A DNA stretch of 64,000 nt from the human T2T-CHM13v2.0 reference genome, Homo sapiens. Each line of letters opens with the position of its first letter. Position 1 is the stretch's first letter. Both the position numbers and the translations under genes were made by a program. The notes under the pieces are model-generated. The model saw only the letters and a list, made by a program, of their open reading frames with translations. It made no database searches and had not been told where the DNA came from. The stretch lies in assembly GCF_009914755.1 (NCBI RefSeq), contig NC_060937.1; one strand, 5' to 3'. Shown here piece after piece: positions 26,397-39,649 of the stretch.

Positions 26397-26985
26397 TAAA
26401 GTTCATTTTACTTTCAATCTTATTTATATTTATTATTTATAACTTTTGTTGCTTCCTTTTATCCACTTTGTTACTTCTGTTGTCTAGGTCAATTTGTTTT
26501 TATTCTGTCTCCTCTCCCTGCCAACATTAATTTGAAAGTTCTCCTGTGCTTTTCAAATTGTCATATACATTTGCAATGAACATATAAAATTTAACAACTA
26601 TTATTCCCATTGATATATTTTTATTGCAGACATTCCCCATACTCTAGAAATGAAACTCCAGTGTGCTTTGTTCCCAACTCTAGCCCCCTTTCCTTACTTC
26701 TGCCCTCAACTTCTTCCTGGGTTTTGCCAAGATAGTTTAGAATTTCAGCATTGGCTGTCACTTAGCTTTTCCTTAAGTTTCTTCTGGTTTAAGGTTAAGT
26801 TAGCATTTGAATTATCATTTTCCATTAATATTACAATTATCCGTTGAGAAAGATTGATATATATAATCAATTGACCTTTCTCCTTTTTGAGAAGAGAAAT
26901 ATTTACCTTCTTCACGTGTCACTAATATTTTCTAGTTACCCATTCTATTTTCATGTCTGGTTGTTTTTTTCAAAAATTTTCTTCA

Positions 26986-27256
26986 GGCCAGGCGCAGTGG
27001 CTCATGCCTGTAATCCCAGCACTTTGGGAGGCTGAGGCGGGCGAATCACCTGAGGTCAGGAGTTCAAGACCAGCCTGGCCAACATGGTGAAACCCCGTCT
27101 CTACTAAAGATAAAAAAATTAGCCAGGCACCTGTAATCCCAGCTGGGTAGGCCTCAGGAGGCTGGGGCAGGAGAATCACTTGAACTGGGAGGGGAAGGTT
27201 GTGCTGAGCAGAGATGGCACCACTGCACTCCAGCCTGGACAACAGAATACTCTGCA
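26986..27256 (+). mobile_element. AluSx-like, rearranged, no poly-A tail
   Basis: Normal left arm; right arm has a short deletion and an insertion; ends actctgca without a tail. Confidence 0.88.
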
Positions 27257-28029
27257 TTTACCCTGATGGACAATATCTTATCCATATACATAAACCTTAG
27301 ATCACACTCTATTTCTCTGAAAATACTTCATTTCAGCTCTAGTCTTGCAAATGGGAATTTGATATTGGTCTTCTTTCCTTGGTTAGTAACTTATCTTTGG
27401 TTCTAGAAACTCTAAAAGGTTTTCTGATGAAAATGGATATGTCCAAGTAGGTGACTTTTTAAATTACTTAACTATGTTGGAGCCCTGTAAATCCTTTCAA
27501 TATATAATATCAAGTCTTTTTTTCACTGTTCTTTTTTTGAGTGTAGGGAAACTTTCTTCTAGAACTTGCTTAATTTTTGCTTTCCCTGCAACACTCCCCC
27601 AGCCCCACCTGTATTTTTTCTCCTGTTTGGAAGCCCTGTTACTCACAAGTTCAGCTCCCTGAACATATCCTCCAAGTGGATACGCTTCCTTCCGATTTCT
27701 ATCTCTGTGCTTTTTCTCTGCATAGTAAGATATTTCTTTCATTTACCTTTTAGAATTCTCAGCAACAGACAGTCTGTTTTTCAGTTCACCTAGTGAGTTT
27801 TTAATTCTGAAATGATGACCTTTTTTTAATATCCAGAAAGGTTTTCTCTCCTCCATGATCTTATTGCATTTCTTGGATAGTTCTCACTATTTGTTGTTGT
27901 TCTTTTTTTTCTTATCAGTCCTCCATTAGTTCCTTGTCACCTGAGCTACCTGCTCTGGTTACTGTGCTTGGACTTCCTCCCATAGTTCACCAAGGCATCT
28001 TAAGCAGGACATGGGGGTTTTTTTGTTTG

Positions 28030-29250
28030 TTTTACCTTCTCCATCTCCAGAATATACCCTAAATGCAAGTGCTTCTCAGCAGCCCCACTGCTAACATTGT
28101 AGTCCAGTTCACCATCATCTCTCACCTGGATTTCAGCAGTAGTCTCTCATCTGATCTCCAGCTTCTACGTTTGCCCCGCCCCTCCTGACAACAGCCAGAA
28201 TGATCCTTTGAAATTTGAGATCAGATCATATTACTCCTCTTTTCCTGCAAGGGCTTCCCACGTCACTCACAGTAAAAGCCAAAGCCTTTACACTGGCCTA
28301 CAAATCCTTACATGGCCTGGCCTTGGCTATCTCCTTCCTCTCCTATTCCTCTGCCTCAGCTCCCTGCTTAACCAGAAGTGATCTGCCCTTGCTTGTCTTA
28401 AAGATACCAGGCAGGTTTCTGTGCTAGGGTCTTTGCACTGGCTACCCACCTTCCTGAAGAGCTCTTCCACCTTGGCTAACTCCCGCACTACCTTTAACTG
28501 GCATCTTCTCAATTAGGCCTACCCTGACTGCTCTATTTTAAGCTGTAATTAATGCTGCCCACCCCATACTTTCATTCCTTTTTTTAAAATATAAAAGCAT
28601 GCTTTTATATTTTATCTCTTTTAGCTGCTTTGTGTTCTATTTTCATGTTTATCATTACATAAAGTACATATGACTATGTGTATTATTTATGTATTATCTG
28701 TCTGTCCTGCTGGGATGTAAGCTTGATATAGTTTCGGTGTTTGTCCTCTCCAAATCTCATGCTGAAATGTAATCCCCAGTATTGGAGGTGGGGCCTGGTG
28801 GGAGTGTCATGGGGTCATGGGGGTCATGGGGGTGGGTCTCTCACGAATGGCTTGGTGCGGTCCTTCTGATGGTGAGTTCTCGAGAGAACTAGTTGTCTAA
28901 AAGTGCATGGCACCACCCACCTCTCTCTCGCCACTGCTCTCACCATGTGATATGCTGGCTCCCTCTCACCTTCCGCCATAATGGTAAGCTTCCTGAGGCC
29001 TCACCAGAAGCAGATGCCAGCACCACACTTCCTGTATAGCCTGCAGAACTGTGAGACAATTAAACGTCTTTTCTTTATAAATTACCCAGGCTCCAGTGTT
29101 CCTTTATAACAATGTAAAAACAAACTAATACAAAGCTCCATGAAGCAGAGATCGTTGTCTGTCTTCCCCATTGAGGTGTCCTAAGTTCCTACAACAGTGC
29201 CTGGAACACACTGACTGTTTAATAAACATTTGTTGAGTGAATATTAAATA
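28030..29250 (+). mobile_element. L2 3' part, split by an MST LTR
   Basis: accatcatctctcacctgga...tcagatcatattactcctc...aataaacatttgttgagtgaat. Confidence 0.8.
28724..29132 (+). mobile_element. MSTB-like solo LTR
   Basis: tgatatagttt...actaataca; perfect TSD aagct at 28719-28723 and 29133-29137. Confidence 0.9.
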
Positions 29251-30169
29251 AATGATTTTTAGAATTATTATTTATGTTATTTCCTCAAATATCTGGCAAT
29301 CCTAAGATATCCATTCATATTTGTGAATGAAGCCTGTTGGGATGGGTTTTCTCTGCAAGTACAAAGGTCTATTTCTCTTAATGGGAGGACTGGCTGCAAG
29401 CAAGTTCAAGGTGCTCAGAGATGGAGCAGACAAGTACACTTGGACCACACCCAATGCCTCCCCAGCCTACACAGTCTCACTCATTAAGCCAAAATAATAA
29501 TAGCTGGATCCTGCTGTGTCTATACCAATACAGCACCTCAACAGAGCAATTAATTTCTTTAAAGTGCAGTTATCTGAGTTTAGCCTGAGGGTGAACACAA
29601 GAGCAGGATCTCTGTTTGTGTGTTGGTAACAGAGTGATGCAGGAAAGAAAGACAGAGGAGGCAAGACTAACACCTCTCTCCTGAAGATTTCCCTTCAAAT
29701 ACTCATTCTCATGGGTTCCTCCTTACAACTCCTGTCTACATACTGGCTTTGAGTCTGTAAGTGAGGAAACACTTTTCCCCAGAAGGGATAATTTTCCACT
29801 TTAAAGGTCCATTCATGTTTGGGATGAAGTGCCCTCCATTATGCTTTATTCTCCAATACAATCCCATCTATTATATTTTCAATCTTCCAGAAATCCTCTC
29901 CCACATTGCCTGGCTTGCTGATGCTCCAGAGGACACCACCTTCTTTTCTGCTTCTAATGACTCTATTCCCTTGTATATGTTTTAACAAGCACCACCATGA
30001 AATTTAGTAAGAGGGTGGAAGAAGATAATGCTTAGTCCTCTAGAGCCAGAAGCCACAGGTATCTCTGAGGGGCCAGTACCACTTACTAGGAAAAGAAAAA
30101 AACATTTATCTGATGCAGAAAAAATTCTTAAGTTTCACTTCAGATTTTTTTCCAAGTAAAATTACGTTT

Positions 30170-30540
30170 TAATATGGTTTGGCTGTGTCCCCACCCAAAT
30201 GTCATCTTGAATTCTAGTTCTCATAATCTCCATGTGTTGTGGGAGGGGCCTGGTGGGTGGTAATTGAATCATGAGGGTGGTTACTTGTATCTTTTTTCAT
30301 GATATTGAGTGCATTCTCACAAGATCTGATGGTTTTATAAGGGGCTTTTCCCCCTTTTACTCACTTCTCTTCCTGCTGCCATGTGAAGAAGGAAATGTTT
30401 GCTTCCCCTTCCTCCATGAATTTAAGTTTCCTGAGGCCTCCCCAGCCATACTGAACTGTGAGTTAATTAAACCTCTTTCCTTCATAAATTACCCAGTCTT
30501 GGGTATGTGTTTATTAGGAGTGTGAGAACAGACTAATACA
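30170..30540 (+). mobile_element. THE1 (B/C-like) solo LTR
   Basis: atatggtttggctgtgtccccaccc...gaacagactaataca; TSD c(g/a)ttt. Confidence 0.9.
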
Positions 30541-31984
30541 CATTTAATATATTGAATTTTAATTTAATATTGTAAAACAACCCAAAAGAAACTTGCAGAC
30601 TGGAAAATGTAGTCACTGTAATCCCTAAGCCATTCTTGCACAACAGATCATGGCATCATCTATTCTATCTTCAAAACAATGGATGGAAAAGTGTGAGATG
30701 TAATGAAGACATTAGAATGATTCTATCATTCGACCACAAAACTATATCCATAGTCGCACATTTTATGTACATCATACAAATTCACATATCTGGTTTGCTG
30801 CAGAATTCTTTATAAAGATTACATCAATTCTTTAGTTTAATATGGTCTTTGTATTTGCAATACCCAAAAGACAATGACAAAATTGATTTTTATAGCAAAG
30901 TGTGTAACAATGTATTTTATCCTTCATGATAACCACAAGATGATAAACTGACAGTTTTTAAATGTGTGTCAAATTTCTTTTGTGATCACCAAATTGAAAA
31001 ATATTTCTAAATGCATTCCCTGGTGATAACTGACAGAGCCTTTGGTATTCTCAAATGTCTGATTCAAATACATATCAGAAATCTAAAGAAATGCACTTCA
31101 GAACAAATTTCTTGAAGGTGAAATATTTCTTATGGATTTAATCCGTTCTAGTTGTTCAACTGCTCCTTGTTTCCTCAAATTAATTGTAAAACAGAATAAA
31201 CATGAACTGGATTACATTACAACAAAAGTGACACAGGAGCCTATGATGTTCTACAGGAATAGTAACCACAGGCATGGTCTCTCCAGGAAAAGCACAGGTT
31301 ATTGCAATGAAGATAGAGACTGCTCTTGAAAGAGAATGTAAACTCTTCAAGTGATAATTTATAATGTCTCTTTAAGGCATTGATGGAAATTAGTCTTACC
31401 TTAAAACCAATGCCACAGCAATGTTCATTAACAAAGTAGGTGCTGCCTGTGTGGCTTAATTTGAAGGTTGCTCCAAACTCTCCCTTTTAATGTAGGGCCA
31501 TGGTGCTTGGCATCACAAAATGTGACCCATTCTTTGAATCTTTCAGGAGTTTCCTAGTAAATATTGAAAAGTTCCTTAGGAGAAAAGAATGGAGCTTAGA
31601 GCTAGGAGCGATTTTAAAGATCATGCACGCCTGATTTTTGCGCCAATTATTAGCTATATCTCCAGCAGGTTATATAACCTCTCTGCTCTACTTTAGGCTC
31701 TTATAAATAATCACTCAAACTCTCCTAAGAAAGATAATTTATTGTAAATTCAGCAAAGTATTATAGAAAACTAAGGAAAAACATCCCTGCCAAAGGACAG
31801 GCAGAATCCAAGGAAACTGTGGGGACCAGTCACTTCTCTCATTCCCACCCCTCTCGCCACTTTGGTGATTCTCTATTGTTCGACTTCTCTATTTACCCAT
31901 CTTAAACCTGACCATACATGGCAGCCTACTTACTAGGCCTGCAGATCTTTAATTTAGTGACTTCCTGCTGAGTATCTTTTTCTT

Positions 31985-32470
31985 TTATTAAAAAAATGTA
32001 ATTGACAAATAAAGATCATATACATTCAAGGTGTACAATATGATAATTTGATAGGGTATATATAGTGTTATGATTTTTACAACTAAATTAATTTCCATCA
32101 CCACCCATGCTGTACCTTAGAATCCCAGAACTTACTGGCATTCAAAAAATGTGACCCAGAACTGACTGGGAATCTAAGGTACAGCATGGGTAGTAATGGA
32201 AATTAATTTATTATAATTGGAAGTTTGTACCCTTTGACCAATATCTCTCCATTTCCCCTATTTCTAGCACCTGATAACCATTGTTCTACTCTCTGCTCAT
32301 ATGAGTTAAACTTTTCAGATTCCACATATAAGTGAAAGCATACAGTATTTGTATTTCTGTGTCTGACTTACTTCACTTACCAAAATGTCCTTCAGGTTCG
32401 TCCATGTTGTCACAAGTGACAAGATTTCCTGCTTTTTAATAGCCAAATAATATTCTATTATGGATATATA

Positions 32471-32518
<48 letters not shown>

Positions 32519-32615
32519 TGTGTCTTGTATAATATTGTCTTTATCCATTCATCCATTGATGGACACTTAGGTTGTTACCATACCTTGGCTATTGTGAATA
32601 ATGCTGCAATAAACA
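31985..32615 (-). mobile_element. L1MA-type 3' UTR with internal inverted duplication and (TG)n(TA)n
   Basis: attcaaggtgtacaatatg, agattccacatataagtga, ttggctattgtgaataatgctgcaat. Confidence 0.85.
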
Positions 32616-33411
32616 CAGGTCTGCACACTGCTAGATTTCTTGGTTCCATGTCCAGAGAGAAAAAAAATTATATTGTGGTAGCTCATCTTTTCAAGCCATA
32701 TCATCCATTCAAGTCCCAGGTCAGTGGCAAGCAAATCTGAGCCAAGTGTTCACCTTAGCCCAGGAAATATAGCCAGGGGGAACCTGGCCATACAGGCAGT
32801 AAGTCCATTCAAAACACTCAGGCAGCAGTGAGGCAGCAAGAAATGAAAGTCTCTAGCATGCTTTCTCAATCTCATTTTCTCATCTGCAAAATCTGCAATC
32901 TATTTCACAAACTTTCCTTGGGATTGAGGTATTTTATTGACTTTCTACTTAAGTAAACTTAGAGTGGCATATTGCCCTTCATTGCTTTTTCAGCAAATGC
33001 ACTGACTTACTTCATTTAATATAATTGACATTACTGATGGTGATTGCCTTCATATTTGATCTTCATTTCAATATTAGCATACATAAGAATTGGCTCCAGA
33101 GTACCTAGATATTGTCTGACTTCTTGGAACACCTTATTGAAACCTACTTCTGTTAATGGCTCATATTTGTAGAACATTTGATAGATTACAAAGTGCTCTA
33201 GGATTGGCACCATAATTTCAGGTGGCAATCTATGGTGGTCATACACTGCATAGACTTTCCTGACAAGGCCTGGCTGTTTCTCCTGAATCTCACCTAGGCC
33301 TCAGATAATCCAATGCTGCTTCTTTAAGGCTGAAGGCCACCACATGCTTGATTCATGATTTGATCTTAAAATGATTTAAAATCAAATTCCTTAGATGATC
33401 TCGAGTGTTAA

Positions 33412-33873
33412 CTGTTAAAGAAAAAATTGTTCACAATATTTGTTAAAACACAGTAAGGCAGACTTTATTTAGGACCATCACGATAGATATAAGGACCACT
33501 GCAATTGGATTTTGCAGTGGGGGACAGAGATTGGGTTCAACTTTGAACACAACATGAGTGGGTGGTTATTTATAGCCAAAGCTCAGGGTGGAGGTCAGAG
33601 GATGGAAAATTACTAAGAGGAAACATTACGAGGAAGGGGAATTCTGGCTAAGCTGACCTCACAAGATTCTTGCCAAAAGCAGGTCCCAGTGCTCAGACAT
33701 TACCTGGGGCAGCGTGGAGGTTGAGGAACCTGATTAGATATTGAGGGTGAGGGATGAACTGACTTAACAGGGTCCTCAGATAAAACCGTATTTTACAAGG
33801 AAGTGCACAGAAAGGCCTAGGAGAAGGTTCAGGAGCCAAACTAAAGTTTGATCAGGCAGATACTCTTTTCCAT
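33412..33873 (-). mobile_element. MER31-type ERV1 solo LTR
   Basis: ttttacaaggaagtgcacag...cctaggagaaggttcaggagcc...ctaaagtttg, reverse of the MER31 5' end. Confidence 0.8.
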
Positions 33874-34949
33874 TACTGAAAAAAAAAAAAATTCAAACAG
33901 GGATGCTCTGGGAAGTCAGGGGGCTGGAGAAGCAGCACCAATCCCAAAGTAAAGGAAGAAACCGAAGAGATTAATGTAGTTCAGAAACTGTCTTGTAGTT
34001 TCTCAACTATCCAAAGAGTAAGAAGTCACCTCATACTCTTGCTTATTTCAGACCTCTTGATATCTTCCACTATTGGTAAAAAATATTGGGTAATGTATTA
34101 CAGTATTTGCATCATCTCAATGGTGAAAAAAGTAGCCTATAGTCTTCTGACAGCTATCTTAAAGAACCAGGTGCCCTGCAAAAGGTGAGCTCTTTAAAGA
34201 CCCACCCACAGATGTTGCTATCCTTCTAGTCAGCAGGTTCCACTTCTTTACAAAAGGAACATCATATGTAATTGGACCTGTGAATTCTATCCTATATTCA
34301 CTTTTAAGTGTGAATTTTAGGGAAATAGTATAAAAGCAATCTAATAGCAACTTGTGTTGGATATGTTTCTTATCTGCTTCTCAGTTTCCAAACTCATCAA
34401 ATATTGAAGTTCTTGAAGGAAAAACCAACCCTCCAGAACCTGAAACATTTATTTGGAGCTACACTTAGCATATAAAGATGTAGGACAGGAAAGAGAAACA
34501 AGTCAATGCAACCACAATGTTCTGCTTCTCCCAGAGTGTGTGTCCTGAAAGGGACATAATGAGAGACAGTCACACAGGGTCCTGCCTAGCTATCTCTTTT
34601 GTTCTCCAGCCCCTGGGACTCCCACTTCTCCTGTGCAAATTGCAGCAAGTGTAAAATTACCACTCACTTTGGTGAAACAACTCTCTGTGGATTCAGGAGA
34701 AATGAGAACCAGGGCTGGTACTGCCTCTTTCCCCAGATAATTGTGTGACTTGTGCTTGCCATTAAACCTCTTGATCTTAAATGGGATCATACAATACTAT
34801 GTGATCTGCTTACTTCAGTGGGCTATTTAAGGTAATAGGATCATATATGTGAAATTACTTTGAAAAACTAAGAAACTGCTATGCAAAATCAGGAATGAAA
34901 TGAAGGTAGGATATTTTTGTTCAAAACCCAAAAAACAACATTATTTCTG

Positions 34950-35620
34950 CTCTTAGCCACTGAAGTGAAGCCTCTAATCTAAGTAATTTTCTTTTCTTGG
35001 CTAAAAGCAGTTGGAAAAGCATGTTCATCCTGTAATGTGATCTCTCACCATCATCCTACCAGGCCCTTTGGCTTCTCCTTACACTTTCCTTGCTGCACTT
35101 GAAGATTTTACTGACATTTTTCTCAAGACCCTTTTGGCTTCTGACTGCAGCCCCGTTGCAAAGCCAATGCCCCTCTTTTAGGGGTTTGTTATGCAGGACC
35201 CCACTTCTGGGTACTGAAACTTTCTTCTGATTATCCACTGCTGCATTAATAAACCACTCCAAAACTTAGTGGCTTAAAATAAGAACAAATATTAATTTCG
35301 CTCACAGGTGTGCAACTAGGGCAGGGGATGGGAGAGTCGGGGTATTTTTGCTCCACAGGATCATTTGGGGTTGCTTAATTGGTATCTGGAAGGCCCAGGT
35401 TGAAGATGGCTCACTCGCATACCCAGCAAGTTGGTGCTGGCCATCAGCTGAGAGCTCCTGGGGCTGTGGCCTTGTCCATGTGGGCCTCCCCACAGCCTGC
35501 TCAAGGGTCTTCATGGCAGAGTGGCCAGGTGCCAGGAATGTGAATCCCAAGAGACAGGAAGAGGAAGTTGCTCATTTCCTAAGTCATGAAACTGGAAACT
35601 GCCATAGGGTCCTCTCCACC
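34950..35620 (-). mobile_element. MLT1F/G-type LTR (about 35225-35620) with adjoining MLT1 internal sequence
   Basis: aaaccactccaaaacttagtggcttaaa (LTR end) abuts accccacttctgggtac (start of internal region). Confidence 0.7.
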
Positions 35621-35649
35621 CCATTCGCTTTCTCTTGCCTTACCATGTT

Positions 35650-36030
35650 GGCAGAACCACCCAGAACAATAATGTATTATAATGCTGATAGTCAAGATTC
35701 TTAGTTTATTCTTGCCTTTAATGGGAATGCTTCTAATGTTCCAATGAGGCATAATAATGGAGTTAACACTGTTATATATTTATCTTATAATGTTAAAGAA
35801 GTGTCCATCTATTTCTATTTTACAAATATATTTTATCAAGAATAAATGTTAAATTTTTGTCAAACATCTTTTCAGCATCAATGAAGATGATCATATGTTT
35901 TTTCTTTTTTAATCTAATAAAATGGTGAATTATATTAAACTATTTTCAATGACTAAATCCTTCTTGCATCCTGCAATAACCTGACTTGGTAATGGTGAGT
36001 GATTTTTTAATATTCCATTGTATTTATTTA
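35650..36030 (-). mobile_element. Old L1M fragment
   Basis: tttaatgggaatgcttctaatgtt...tcttttcagcatc. Confidence 0.65.
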
Positions 36031-36402
36031 TATCATATTTTATTTTGTGGTCTGTCTTTCCCACACCAAACTAAAAGGTGCTTGAGGTCAGAAGATATTT
36101 ATTGTTTATTATTTCCCCAAGCCAAATACAGAAACTGGTACACAGTAGATTCTTAGATAAATGTGTAGAATAAATTAAATAAATTACAGAAGATTAGTAA
36201 CTATTTATTGAAGTCTTCTCAGTCCCATTTCTTGTAAAATATTGCATCACTGATTAGCAGAGCCTTGGTCTATCACTCCCTTTGCTGTGTGTGTTGCTTG
36301 GTTAAGGTTAGTCTATCTGCAACCACAATGCTGTAAATAGGCAGATAGCCATTGTCCAGGGGATTTATTTAAAGAAGTCAACTCATAATAGTTGCAGTCC
36401 TT

Positions 36403-36404
<2 letters not shown>

Positions 36405-36438
<34 letters not shown>
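36405..36438. repeat. (AC)17 microsatellite
   Basis: Read directly. Confidence 0.97.
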
Positions 36439-36440
<2 letters not shown>

Positions 36441-37469
36441 GACCTGGCAGAGAAATGTAATATCACCCCTTATCAGATAGCCAATGGGGCCACTATGCCA
36501 ATGGTGAGCCGCTCCTAATTATTCCTGCTGAAAAAATGCCCTTTAATGTTTTCATTACTACTTACTATCTTTCCTCATACTATAGAGTTCCGAATCTCTG
36601 ACTCTGTTCTTCGTGCCTCAGTAGCCCAGCACAAGGAACTAAACTCAAATTGTAAATATATCTGTCAGATTTCAGTGTGTTTCCACAGCCAAAGGTATGC
36701 TGATGAGTCCTAAAAGTAACCTTAATCACAAACGATCACATTAACCATTGGGAAAGACATTACTACTGTTTGCACTTTCAAGATTAATACATTTTTCAAT
36801 ATAAATAAGGCAAATGAAAGCTAGATAGCCAAATTCAAGCCCTAATTCCAGACTTTTATTCAAAGGCTGACACAAAACTGTTCAACACTACTGCAACTTC
36901 CATTGCAAACAGAATATTTTTAAATGATTAATAAAATTCCTACTAGAGAAACTAAGAATCATAAATGGAGTTGCTAATGTAAGCTTATATAAAAAATCTA
37001 TCTGCACATTTTAACAGGATTCTTCAAATAAATCATTTACATTATTATAAAATTTAGTGTTGCTCACCTAACTTTGAAGCAAAATAGGCATTAAAACACA
37101 ATTTCACCATCTGGAAGAATTAGAGCCTCTACAAACAATATGTGTCTTGCATATGGCAGACACTCAATAATTATCTAATGCCAGAATTGGAAGGAAGTTG
37201 GAAGATCCTGTAGGAGTACCAAATGAGATAATATAGATGAAATGTATATATAAGAGCCTAACACAGAACCTGAAATGTTGTAGGCACTCAAACATTTGAA
37301 CTGAATCTATTTCACTTGTCGTCGATTTAAAATAAATACTCAGATAAAATCCCTGCAACAAAGGGATTGTTGCAAAATCCCTATAAAAGGAAACATTTTT
37401 CACCATAATTCAAAGAATACAGAGAAGCAAGTGCATGTGTGTGTTTATGTGTGTGTATCACAGTAACAG

Positions 37470-37720
37470 TATTGTATAGGTATGCAGAGAACTGCACTGA
37501 TTTATAGTCAAAAAATCTAAGTTCACGTCCCAGTTTTCCTACTTACCAGCTGTCTGATGTTAGAAACTTTGCATAGCTTGTCCGAACATCCATTTTGTTG
37601 CTTGTAAGAACAGAAAGAATAGCATCTTACACCATATTTTATAAGGTTATTATAAGCATAAAATCAAGTGAGATAATTCTTTGGAAAGAATTACATAAAT
37701 CTAAAATAGCACAATAATTA
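37470..37720 (+). mobile_element. MIR
   Basis: aagttcacgtcccag...acttaccagctgt. Confidence 0.6.
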
Positions 37721-38721
37721 TTGTTGTTGCACCAGTATAATTTTACCCTCCAAACCCTCTGAAGAGTAGCTTTGGAAAATAACATATAAATTCATCTGCA
37801 GTAATATAGAAAATTTCAGCATGGATATGAAAATTAATACATGCTTGTAAAGTGGTTTCCCAAAGGTATGCAGCATTATAAGAATAATAAATCACCATAA
37901 ATCAGATACAATAGATACATTTTGCACTTAACACAGTGAATGATTTAGGGTCCATGCAATTTTCATCAGAGAAGTTCACTTAGGGCTTACCACCAAATAG
38001 CTCCACAGTAGCAGGTAGAGAGCAATATAACAATGACCTTTAAACCACCCAGTGACTCATTAGAGAAGTTCCTCAATTCTGGAACAGATTCACAAACATT
38101 TTCAAAATAAAAGATAAATTGGCTAAGATGTAAAATATAAATCAGCTTTGGGAGGGCTAACACAAATACTTTTGAATAGAAATTAAATATGTGTCACCTA
38201 ATTCATCACAAAATAATACTCAGAAAAACATGCAGAGGCTTTAAACATAAAAGGCTAAATAGCACATCAAGATAGCTTTGCAATAATTGGTCATTTTCTT
38301 TTCCACAATAAAATGCTAAATGATGAAGCATGGTTTCCTAGTAACAACAGTAATACTAGGTAAATAAAACAGAATTCAGCTTACAGCAATCAGCAGCCAT
38401 TCAGCTTCCAACAAAAGGTTGAAATCACTTGGATGCTTGCTTTTTCATTTCCATTATTATGAAAATGAAAAAAAAAATAAAATTGACTTTCCAAATGTAG
38501 AATTATTTTTTGAAAATCTGGAAGAAACACTGAAGTGTTGCCCCAGTGTTCCCTGACAGTCTGGCCTCTTCCTAGCCAATGTGTAATTATTCTCAGCAAG
38601 GTCACTCCTACCCAGTGAGTGAAGAAGGAGGCATCCTACAGGCCATACATTTGGAAAGGCTGAGGCCAGCCTTACCTCTATTCACTGATGTCTGAAACTC
38701 CACACTTAGAAGGAACCTTTG

Positions 38722-39048
<327 letters not shown>

Positions 39049-39649
39049 TGAGGGATTTTTTCTTTATTTTGTTCTTGCTTTTAATGTAAGGCTTTCTGAT
39101 CCCAAATGTTTTAAATACAAATGTTCCAATATACACCCTCGTATTCTAACCCTTCAACCAAATTAAATGTTGAGTATGTCTAAAAATCATACTAAGAAAA
39201 AGAAGCAGAAATTGTAGATACGAGGTAATATTTGTAAATAATTCAACTTGGTAGTTACTACTACTGAAATGCAATGGGCCTGTATTGCTCCATAATACCA
39301 AGGACGTTTAAAAATCATGCTAAAATCATGAAAAAAAGTAAATTTATAGATAGAATTTATTTCCTATACTTAAACAGTATTTGATAGCCATAGCCAGTTA
39401 TCTACCACCAATCACCGGCATATAATAAAATATTAAGTAAAGAAATAAAGTGAAAAAAACTCAGAAATATCATCTCACCCAAATTTTATGTTTATTGCTT
39501 TTGACATGTAGAGACAGACATAAACATCAAATTTTTTTACTTGAAAAATTATTGTACAATGATATAACAATGTCAATGGTGTTCTGCAAAATGCATGCTA
39601 TTGTATAGGAGGTACATCATTTGTTCATGTTTTGGAATCACTGTCATTG

